Assembly (NCBI GenBank): GCA_045132235.1
Contig: JBGURX010000038.1
Span: forward strand, 5,708 to 69,707
Source of the DNA: Bacteroidales bacterium
GTDB lineage: Bacteria; Bacteroidota; Bacteroidia; Bacteroidales; WCHB1-69
Reading direction: 5' to 3'
DNA length: 64,000 nucleotides
Shown here piece after piece: positions 57,001-60,890 of this stretch. Each line of letters opens with the position of its first letter. The first letter of the stretch is position 1. Under the pieces are notes generated by a model. The model was not told the origin of the DNA. It worked only from the letters and a program-made list of their open reading frames with translations, and ran no database searches. The position numbers and the translations under genes were made by a program.

Positions 57001-59622
57001 ATTGTTAAAATCATAGGAGGCCAATTCCGTCATGGCAGCATAGCTCACATTGTAGCTGGAGCCAGAACCACTCCATGAGATATCGGCGGTACGACCAGTT
57101 AAATTGCTCACAATAAGACTAGTAGGAGTAGGAACATTCACCACGAAGTTGGCTGTCAGCGTGCGAGCGCTACTGACCGTGAACGAATAATTCGGATCAG
57201 TTGACACCACCGTACCATTCTCAGTCCAGTTTTCAAACACATAACAGCTGGACGAGGGAGTGGCGGAAAGGCTGGCGGTACCGCACATGCTGACGCTACC
57301 TGCACCGCTCACCGTACCTGCTCCGCTGGGGTTGACATTGGCGGTGATATTGGCCGTACCCGAGCACTTCGCTATCGAGATATTGTCCACTGCCGCAGGA
57401 GGCTGGGTACCGCCACTGCCGTCGTTGGCCCACATGAAAACGAGGTAGTAATTGCCCGCTGACACGCTGGGGGTAGCCAGATGGGTTTGCCAGTCGGATG
57501 ACACATTCAACTTAGAGCCGCCATCCAAAGAGATCCAGCCACTTGGAGAAGAGCTCATATAGCTATATGAGGAAGTACTACCATCTGGGAGCACACCTGC
57601 AGTAAAAGTGGCCGAAGCAGGAGCCAGCCACACTCTCAAATAGTCATAACTACCCTCACCATAGCCTTTCCAGTCGTAAGATACATTGTATTGTCCTCCC
57701 CCAAATGACAACAATTTGGTGGCATAGGATATTTGAATACTGCCGACAGTGTATGCATTGCTGGATCCACCGTTGTTGGAAATGTAAAGGCTATGGGTGC
57801 CACCGTGGTTGGTAGCCGTGCCGACAACCCATGCATTTGTACTGTTCACGAACTCCCACTGGGGAGAGCTCTCAAAGGTCTCTGTCCAACCATTGTCAAC
57901 TGAAGTAGCTTCTATCGAGGTAGTGAAGGAGATAGGGCCTGCCCAGTTGCTCTGCTCACTGCCGCAATTGGAACGGACATAAACCTCATACGATGTCAAT
58001 GGAGAAAGTCCTGTGAGAGTGTAAGAAGAGGTAGTGATTCCAGTAACGGTGACGGGGGCACCAGAGCCCATGGCGGAAATATTGACATTGTCAATGCCAA
58101 GTCCATAACCATATTCATCGGTGTGCCTGAAGCCGATTTGACAATTAGCAGCACAAGCGGCTGCAGGGAGTGTAACACTCTGTGTTGTCCACCCAGAATG
58201 TGCCGCTGTTGTACTAAAAACAGGTCCCTGCCAAGCGCCTCCATTTAAGCGGTAATAAACATATAAGTAATCGATGTCACCACTCCAAGAACGATTCACA
58301 TAACTGAATGAAAGAGTGGCGTTAGATGCACCGCTCAGATCCATGGAGGGTGTAATCAGGTAGGTCGTATTACCTGTTGAAGAATGCGTTATCATTGCGT
58401 TATAATTTCCCGAAGCGGCACCTGTACTTGACGAATAGTCACCCGTACCAACCGACCACGAACTACTTCCAGAACTCGACCAGCCCGAGGGCATGGAACC
58501 TCCTTCAAATCCCTCATTCAGGTATGTGGTGGACGCAACAGTCATATACTGCAAATCGTAACTACTAGCATCTCCCGTCCAACTAACAGAAGCCGTGCTT
58601 GACGTTATATTTCCAACAGTAACATTGGTAGGTCTTGCGCAGGAAGGTCCTGAACCCGGGGTAATGCAAAGCTTAATATTATTGCGGTATTGTGTATAGG
58701 ACTTGCTTCCACTAAAAGAAGTGGTTGAAAGTTCTGGACAATAGCTATCGCTATACCAATGAATACCACTGTAAAAATCTGTTGTGTGTGTACGGAACTT
58801 ATATGAACTACCTGGATAGCCACTGGTTGGGTCATACATACAGACCAGGAGGTTGCTGCTACCATCATACTCAAACGGAGTGGTGAGGTTGATGGTTATC
58901 CAGCCCGAACTACTGGCAGAAAAGGTGCCATTCCATACCAAATCACTGGCTGAAATAGGCTCCATATCGGTGTTGCTTGAAAAAGAAGATCTACTCACAT
59001 TCTTCATATAAAGCTTTACATTCGACATAGAGAAGCTACTGGAATAGTCATAATAGAAGCTGATGGAGTTGATGGTACCCGCTGTCCCTATTTCATCAGG
59101 TTTGTAAAGCTGTTGAGTTAGCGAGTAATTAAAATACATATTGACAGGGTAGTAATAGTAAATAGTTGTACCACTACCAATCGACACCTCATTGTCGCAG
59201 TCAGCTGTGGAGCCACCGCCGCCGCCACCGCCAGGGCAAGTGTAGGTTGCAGGGAATCCACTTCCGCTACTACTGGATACAAGCGTCTGTCCACCAACAG
59301 AAACTGTATAAGAAGTCTCACCATCCCACGAGCCGGAGGTCCATGTCAACTGAATAGTAGTGCCGGCGGGAATATTAACCGTACCGCTATTTGAGCTACC
59401 ACTACTGATAGTCAGAGTAGCAATCGTGGAACTCGTACTTGCATTAATTACATTAATGGCAGCTCCGTTCCATCCGTCACCATAGCTGTCTGTAAGACTA
59501 TAGCTTAAGGTACACTGTCCCCGTAAGCTCTGTCCGAAGCCGAAGCACATCAGCATCGCCAACAGCAGGGGGAGTTGGGCAATGCGGGAAGATTTTTTCT
59601 GAAAGGATAAAGTTGCTTTCAT
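42088..59622 (-). CDS. Giant (5,844 aa) mosaic T9SS-secreted surface protein
   Basis: Longest ORF in the window. The track start is 59691, but the in-frame ATG at 59622 is directly followed by a signal peptide (MKATLSFQKKSSRIAQLPLLLAMLMCFGFG). The C-terminal 75 aa match a T9SS type-A CTD. My residue count of the track protein closed exactly at 5867, and spot checks at both ends agreed with the nucleotide sequence. Confidence 0.9.
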   Translation of the reverse strand: MKATLSFQKKSSRIAQLPLLLAMLMCFGFGQSLRGQCTLSYSLTDSYGDGWNGAAINVINASTSSTIATLTISSGSSNSGTVNIPAGTTIQLTWTSGSWDGETSYTVSVGGQTLVSSSSGSGFPATYTCPGGGGGGGSTADCDNEVSIGSGTTIYYYYPVNMYFNYSLTQQLYKPDEIGTAGTINSISFYYDYSSSFSMSNVKLYMKNVSRSSFSSNTDMEPISASDLVWNGTFSASSSGWITINLTTPFEYDGSSNLLVCMYDPTSGYPGSSYKFRTHTTDFYSGIHWYSDSYCPELSTTSFSGSKSYTQYRNNIKLCITPGSGPSCARPTNVTVGNITSSTASVSWTGDASSYDLQYMTVASTTYLNEGFEGGSMPSGWSSSGSSSWSVGTGDYSSSTGAASGNYNAMITHSSTGNTTYLITPSMDLSGASNATLSFSYVNRSWSGDIDYLYVYYRLNGGAWQGPVFSTTAAHSGWTTQSVTLPAAACAANCQIGFRHTDEYGYGLGIDNVNISAMGSGAPVTVTGITTSSYTLTGLSPLTSYEVYVRSNCGSEQSNWAGPISFTTSIEATSVDNGWTETFESSPQWEFVNSTNAWVVGTATNHGGTHSLYISNNGGSSNAYTVGSIQISYATKLLSFGGGQYNVSYDWKGYGEGSYDYLRVWLAPASATFTAGVLPDGSTSSYSYMSSSPSGWISLDGGSKLNVSSDWQTHLATPSVSAGNYYLVFMWANDGSGGTQPPAAVDNISIAKCSGTANITANVNPSGAGTVSGAGSVSMCGTASLSATPSSSCYVFENWTENGTVVSTDPNYSFTVSSARTLTANFVVNVPTPTSLIVSNLTGRTADISWSGSGSSYNVSYAAMTELASYDFNNGSISGFSNSSSYSWGISSTSPHSGSYCIGSGNGGYASTTSDISLTATFTSTGIISFYSRVSSESCCDHGYFYIDGVQQYSEEGEIDWRQHTYSVAAGTHIFTWSFSKDVSVDNGEDRYYIDDVLLLIPGTPTIVSSSSTSTTLTGLTPETTYLVQVQGICDGNGGTWSSPVTFTTLESCSPPVSLVVGNETAHTADISWNGSGDSYNISYYPIVGAYDFNDGSIDAAFDNNNTYPWSISSVTPHSGAYCLASSSGFVSTSSEISLMATYPVAGTISFYSRVSSESCCDHGRFYIDGEQQLQEEGEIDWRQHTYSVAAGVHTFKWSYDKDGSVNNYEDKFYIDDILMEIPGTPVVVSSNSESTTLSGLDAGTTYLVQVQSVCDGTNSGWSAPVSFTTLETCPVSGLAVSNIGDASADVTWSGNADSYNVQYKLASADSWIDAATNISTTSTSLDNLAFRTTYQVRVQGVCEGEPGSWSSPVTFTTLARVCPTVEVLGSGGSVTNAFLPSESFYDYSLTQQIYTPCEIGGGGTISSISFYNGGETRARQYDIYMKHTAKESFASGSDWIAVTNADKVYSGTSTVSMTAGEWITFELDRAFEYDGVNNLVVVVNDKTGSYSSGMACYVYPADGNQAIYIYQDGTAFNPSSPSSYSGYVTNVKNQLHIGLCDQTSAGTATVSAEVSPSGTGTVSGTGVYAACQDIVILTATSGEGCLGFVNWTENGTVVSTDATYMFRATGDRHLVANFAITAPTNLSADNTTYNSTELLWSGNGESFNIRSVEGDFAIVTLVAGDVWSDGTGYQLLLDPTHSLYGSVIPTSGYLSAACSGNEGIYANFPIKIPANADGDCSTENVVRDNSVTILLPAGTYDWCITNPSPNDKIYIAGANGNRDARANDFVFQAGHTYTFEMFLQSMSDGDGVNLTETTNGINLGTFDALSGVSNPYTLTGLSPETLYGAQVQSVCNGVESDWSDPIYFTTLEMCPTPTNLHVNDLTAWSATLGWDQAGDATSWILEYSTSASFTSTTTQQQVVTENPFTINCLIPGTNYYARVKADCGSDLGQSTNWSNVVSFRPESALATPDEITIGNGTGTTYYGPFNSLWGYSYVEQIYTAAEIGGSGQITSISFNMSSSSTQTNSVDVFMKNVSRSSFADNTDWEPVTAADRVFSGTVTFSQGWTTITLDEPFDYDGNSNLMIGMHEYTSGYSTLYFYYTEATSALISGHSDSYDPNPYNMGSYSGTKYVQNYRLNLKLTLAPASTSVGGAIAEGSSEVCQSAAFTIASLDNGRAESYNWYRDGVLIDNENAHNAYYTISVEELQTLSVGSSYTYTRSILDRCDQSREVESEGSYTITILAPWTYPYENLITDYSTPLYCGASAELTAVEDVEVQHSWFLDAGCTELYATGSTVTLPYLTETTTLWHVAAGLQSACPSSPVSHTVEVNSHPIPSGEDMQAACGQPVTLEVSNPDEAFLYEWSDDANFENTLAQGTALTVTQGEGTYPYYLRSYSNLLQPADYLLNESFEGGVIPANWTRIDNDGDGYRWSLTNAADAAHTGSNFVSSLLYVPTLLSPYLSPDNWLVTPAVYIPEGSQEVSLSWWTMGQNMSTGSTSSTQFKVYVSTTGTSVNDFVNMINSETIVQSAGYQQHVYDLSSYAGRTVYIAFRHQYSSSSTLRVNLDDVTISYRGLGKGCYSQNGTVNLTVAPAQPVQVNGATISCGETATLEVVNPVEGLFYNWYADAQCTQLLHQGTTWELPAIGATTTYYVRAFGLRTTEGIDLVDSVINYSGETFEFVVPHDVNEVTLKLWGAQGGNAVASSSVTRHGGNGGYAVGTLHVEEGERLYVNVGGQGNDGVNGETGRAIEGGFNGGGNGGSASTGNAGYCPGAGGGGATDVRLGGNTVQHRILVAGGGGGASAGGNGGYGGGNACGDGNTNVTGVNGTGATTEMGGTGATGATAGGSGYGGNGGSGYAGGGGGGAGWFGGGGGASGAPNAGAGGGGSGYYTSVLYSPALISGNAAMPNPEGGASITGREGNGVAIISYLAPRYDTLCLIDPTPVIITIQELVQPEVENLQLVCGTPGRLVIDNPDDSYTYIWYSDAACTQEVNRGIYFDLEGGKNIANTTYYVKAYRSLLASSVEGQRDFVFTGDVQGFAIPAEATRITMEVWGADGGNMITDFTEAKGGRGGYSRGTLTQLEGIDSLFVYVGGSVNGHVNNGGYNGGQPASEGIGGGGGGASDISLLHADVNSNDHYFSRLIVAGGGGGSGYMGGNYQVAGGCGGGLAGGIGESGLSGTQEVPGGEGGGQTYSGDHSNNAFGRAYTGVALNGGGGGGGWYGGAAGAGSNINGGGGGGSGYIYTEETAQNYPSGCLLNSNLYLTDAQTLAGSVSVYPAKPDGNTQNGYVRIHYYFPERYLCESQLTEVSVTITAIDRPSIAYVSDENGEPAASNRVCRGSEILLAGQTAYAQSDAEQEQPWLLWMDADNNFLGYSNSGEAFHIEPPYDYASGNNYFFAYAATDLISVSGSFSTNPEELDIYDRDGKGVFVDLTASANLTVDTISFYPRYSDNANNASNVKVYCRLGSCEGAATNSAGWNLVYNGNLHQTQATLCNIPLDNPVEIYAGQKFSFYVMSDANLYFRPYGISSNNTQGIHIGDVLTAPSTNVLKVHAGYGADATASTSDFPSATSNRYFLGNIYYTLTGETQFGCVSENARRFSVRICNPSSVEEMELNATDTIICAGQSATISAVGASQGDITDYVWTSGSCDGVEISRGMESSYASVTVTPTVTTSYFVRLESEVCGATECKSKTIYVLNPADIATIEAPARICARNPLGIATPSFTTYLSELGVTVEAQGWECSQDGVTFQEFTDSVAVSESYNGWWVRYYVTTLCETGYSNAVQITVDSLPVVASLQQPDPMCAPTTFDWDSYVPEIEWHNNSNADTQQGWRLNINGEDVDFNASQEFRYSDTVKAWYYASNGCGEVLSDTITLEFWESPWAENLTALEGAVCAGQTLAVVPPVTHEFGGTIVKGWEYTAVYGSDYYIRFSDDTIIDYGMNNTWVRYYIGNECGAMHTDSVLLLVNDVPTLGELAYSGATYCSGDEFNLETPEVVDDGGLNSLATFWYLSADSALTADNTLTAVDVNNGVDADTWNNMWLRYADTNACGVGYSNAVQISVHPSLHLTVTPAFDTVCLGPSYHLSASSTLEGATFSWSGEGLDAQVGADVNATPAAQGTWVYTVTGYDAENGCSATAEASLRVNLIAKDTTVHICASDLNYVFDPDYYPPTVCDHSGAYTFKYTTDGGCDSVVYLMLDVTYPIERSVRVHYCNNPLQPYVWPVTGEAIGDVTMADTVIYRTQVVPCVSSFSDLDNHACDSIVYSLEFTISNEPYLDVPVADVVMPVNQAASAEFNLRKDCDYPGAQMAISYNLYKNDTLIDIVSDYGSVSISTYMPEVGQQFGDVVRTGTGNVPGNTFSLYNYDYDYFYADYFATLTNTVTASWNEPGEYKLELVVIGMDGGMDYAYTDDHGQVMGGAGSQPNGRIFADIRYINFHVGVVDTMPSLDTVVCERDLPFYEYGTEITGAGYYEVFAGNEGNYQMYPINVTVNTVSYDEFTVTLNDDCSSYTWNGVTYTGVGDFYDTVRYASGCDSLITTLHLLHSTDGSVVIDTAAMACGSFIWDVTGETYTESGNYTTDAPYGDCTATYNLHLTVNSAYSDTLHVTVAPMQLPYAYDDDHIYETEGEYDIVYQRENGCDSILHIVLGTSTTGFDINTVTEAAELGETAQYSVDVTSGGLDNMKVAVDYEIYRNGEILDNVEDFGYVYFSTYYADAHGSFGRQLRTGTGSIPANTFRIMNYYYTYFYLDFLNQAPSQLTARWDLPGDYKIKFYLRGREGGEDYVLTFNQNDPHLVGGGGSTRIAGDLAVDSIVMHYSVDTVYMDLDTVICSTEVPFVYHGHEFTASTEEPQQIEFSDPYQVSDTVVTFTLTVNPAYALFDTAFVCENAPYEDNNFTLSADTIAQVANGANTAVFTLNGQTEAGCDSTVTLTIFLLPLPEVGIYTPGTRVCEGREIVLTATGNADDYTWGPAGTAIVGNDPLQASVTVNETVTIYLTGTNNYLPYAPVIDQPNDQQIIDPDQNQTFEPISDFPFISCSVTDSVVLTAVPVGDTVDYEASVCRGEPYVDDIFNVSADETAETGTYVTMVETGRTDCGIFYARLTLTINPVYNDEFGFAEVSGEVCEGYGYSENGFELTAEEIAELRNMPVTRANTSDWVEDEDGYVVVTYNYDETDNACDSITQLTLHILPTAYADSTVHFCADQDMPFIYSENGQEFEVMGDTTVNVVYAQQAANGCDSIRRVTIVFDPMLTVELFGTEVCANAETAALSLEVSGNADTIRWTIDNETVIGSNVLSLDADQFESAISYSVYAGACVVSENVTIVINENPTLLIDTAICEGTTYVAPDGIEYTSGDDVITGYIPEQEGCDTYFEVNLTINPIYNVTVQESIDVTELPYEWNGLIFESAGSQTVNLTAATGCDSIVTLQLTVTDSHNGEAFMVAEETGENEYSLIAYANSMDQDTKVAIAYSVFKDGELVTNINADCGGELYMGTWLLNNYVGEVVYEPEGTIPGNTFRFSVNYLDYFYMHFLNGRDNKITHSFTEAGEYEIAFALMSRNDGQDQNLTYTFNGHTRNIGGYFSTVGDTLSTANITFTVDAVEEEEGDGTLPTLLVNGYNEATVQSATSTVEMTCEGNGYEPNTQLAVNYVILRGEQPMSTVNNVANIHISTYFPALNTYVGSDLEQGSGNMIENTFSLMNMFNFNYFYLHFMEATNSQINATWNQPGEYQIVFTLVEMERGSDVGIAYNGSQYAGGQSAVSTSTVLSTATVNYSVPASPNGAPMGINDNDLSQLDFYPNPARDIVHVQCTVDGAQLTVTDMSGKVVYAVNGTHTGTIDLNVNGWSAGVYFVNLRDNDKVITKKLVVTK
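42091..42324 (-). other. T9SS type-A C-terminal sorting domain of the giant protein
   Basis: LSQLDFYPNPARDIVHVQCTVDGAQLTVTDMSGKVVY...GWSAGVYFVNLRDNDKVITKKLVVTK. Confidence 0.85.
49777..50595 (-). other. Glycine-rich domain copy 2 (Pfam Gly_rich / ALK-LTK GRD type)
   Basis: aa 3033-3305 of the track ORF: ITMEVWGADGGN...GGRGGYSRGTL...LFVYVGGS...GGGGGGASDISL...RLIVAGGGGGSGY...GGGGGGGWYGG...GGGGGGSGYIY...NGYVRIHYY. Confidence 0.75.
50887..51654 (-). other. Glycine-rich domain copy 1 (Pfam Gly_rich / ALK-LTK GRD type)
   Basis: aa 2680-2935 of the track ORF: VTLKLWGAQGGN...GGNGGYAVGTL...LYVNVGGQG...GAGGGGATDVRL...RILVAGGGGGAS...GGGGGGAGWFGGGGGAS...GGGGSGYY...GNGVAIISY. Confidence 0.75.
54226..54654 (-). 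other. Gingipain/HagA adhesin-like domain (DUF2436 type)
   Basis: aa 1680-1822: DVWSDGTGYQLLLDPTHSLYGSVIPTSG...IPANADGD...LLPAGTYDWCITNPSPNDKIYIAGANGNRDARANDFVFQAGHTYTFEM...DGDGVNL. Confidence 0.7.
55804..57132 (-). repeat. Tandem in-frame duplication (2 units of about 221 aa) inside the giant gene
   Basis: Units aa 854-1076 and 1077-1296 align throughout. An identical 26-mer CCATGGTCGCAACAGCTTTCTGAAGA occurs at 56795-56820 and 56132-56157, giving a period of 663 nt. Confidence 0.85.
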
Positions 59623-60131
59623 AGTTGATGGTTTATGATTAATACTAATTTTGATATCTGTATATGGTATATGTTTGTTTTCAGGTTTCACGGATAAGGG
59701 CTTATTTTTTTTCGCCAGTTTGGTCTTTTATCAGTTGTGCTATGATAGTTTTTTAGATTTGATTATCAATTTTTGTTTTGTTGACGCGCTTCAACGCGCC
59801 TGTGCGATTTTGTTATATACGTTTTTCCACTGTTTTAGTTTCAAGTGAATGGATATTTTTTTTCAGCCGATGGGCATGAGCGAGACATGCGTATAGAAAA
59901 ATCAACATCGGTTTGTGGATAAAAATGGAGCATCAGAGCGCACAATTGCACCACACAACCCAACGGCGGTCAAAGAACCTGCGTTTACAATGAACGGACA
60001 ATCAAAAGTTTAGCAAAAGCATAAACCTTTCCCATCCAATTCAAAAAAATCGGGTGCAAGATAATAAAAAAATCAATATCATTCCGCAAGCCACGAAAAA
60101 AAAGTTCTACACAGGTTTGCAAGATATTTTA

Positions 60132-60139
60132 TATTTTTG
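60132..60139 (+). promoter_or_regulatory. -7 box (TAnnTTTG) for truB-anmK
   Basis: TATTTTTG lies 25 nt upstream of the ATG at 60165. It sits inside the track ORF that starts at GTG 60054, which argues for the shorter start. Confidence 0.5.
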
Positions 60140-60164
60140 CAGCCGCAAAAGAATCATCCTTCAC

Positions 60165-60878
60165 ATGAAAATCATCCACGCAGCCCGCTTCACCATCGAC
60201 GAAGAAATCTACCAACAGGAGGACAACGTGTTTGTGTTCGACAAGCCCTACCAGTGCACCTCCTTCGACCTCGTGTCGAAGGTGAAATGGAACATGAAGC
60301 GCCAATTCGGCAAGAAGGTGAAGGTGGGCCATGCCGGCACCCTCGACCCGTTGGCCACCGGCGTAATGATCATCTGCACAGGCAAATACACCAAACAGAT
60401 TGAGCAGTACCAGTCGCGGGAGAAGGAGTACACCGGCACGTTCCGGCTGGGCGAGACCACCCCGAGCTACGACATGGAGAAGGAGGTGGACGCCCACTAC
60501 CCTACCGAACATATCACCGAAGAGATGGTGCGGGCGGCAGCCGCCTCGTTCATCGGCGAGCAGCAGCAGGTGCCCCCGCAGTTTTCGGCAGTGCGCATAG
60601 CAGGCCGCAGGGCCTTTTCGTATGCCCGTCAAGGAGAAGATGTGGAGATCACCCCGCGCAGCATCACCATCAGCGAGTTTGAAATCACCCGCTGCGAGTT
60701 GCCCGATGTGGATTTCAGAATCGTCTGTTCCAAAGGCACTTACATCCGCTCCATCGCCCGTGACTTCGGCCTGGCGCTGGAGAGCGGCGCACACCTCACG
60801 GCCCTGCGGCGCACCCGCGTGGGCGACTTCCGCGTGGAGGACGCCATCGTGCCCATCCCCATCATCCCCAACGAATAA
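60165..60878 (+). CDS. truB: tRNA pseudouridine(55) synthase
   Basis: FVFDKPYQCTSFDLVSKVK and the catalytic-Asp motif GHAGTLDPLATGV. About 237 aa. Confidence 0.9.
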   Translation: MKIIHAARFTIDEEIYQQEDNVFVFDKPYQCTSFDLVSKVKWNMKRQFGKKVKVGHAGTLDPLATGVMIICTGKYTKQIEQYQSREKEYTGTFRLGETTPSYDMEKEVDAHYPTEHITEEMVRAAAASFIGEQQQVPPQFSAVRIAGRRAFSYARQGEDVEITPRSITISEFEITRCELPDVDFRIVCSKGTYIRSIARDFGLALESGAHLTALRRTRVGDFRVEDAIVPIPIIPNE

Positions 60879-60890
60879 TCCCCTACCCTC

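Noticed and set aside
59623-60164. Invertible (phase-variable) promoter or small RNA/tRNA in the long region upstream of the giant gene.
   Set aside because: I looked for flanking inverted repeats and found only trivial ones: ATAAG/CTTAT with a 2-nt loop at about 59692-59703, and a 4-bp GCGC stem near 59785. I saw no tRNA-like T-loop motif and no recombinase gene nearby. This cannot be excluded without comparative or read-orientation data.
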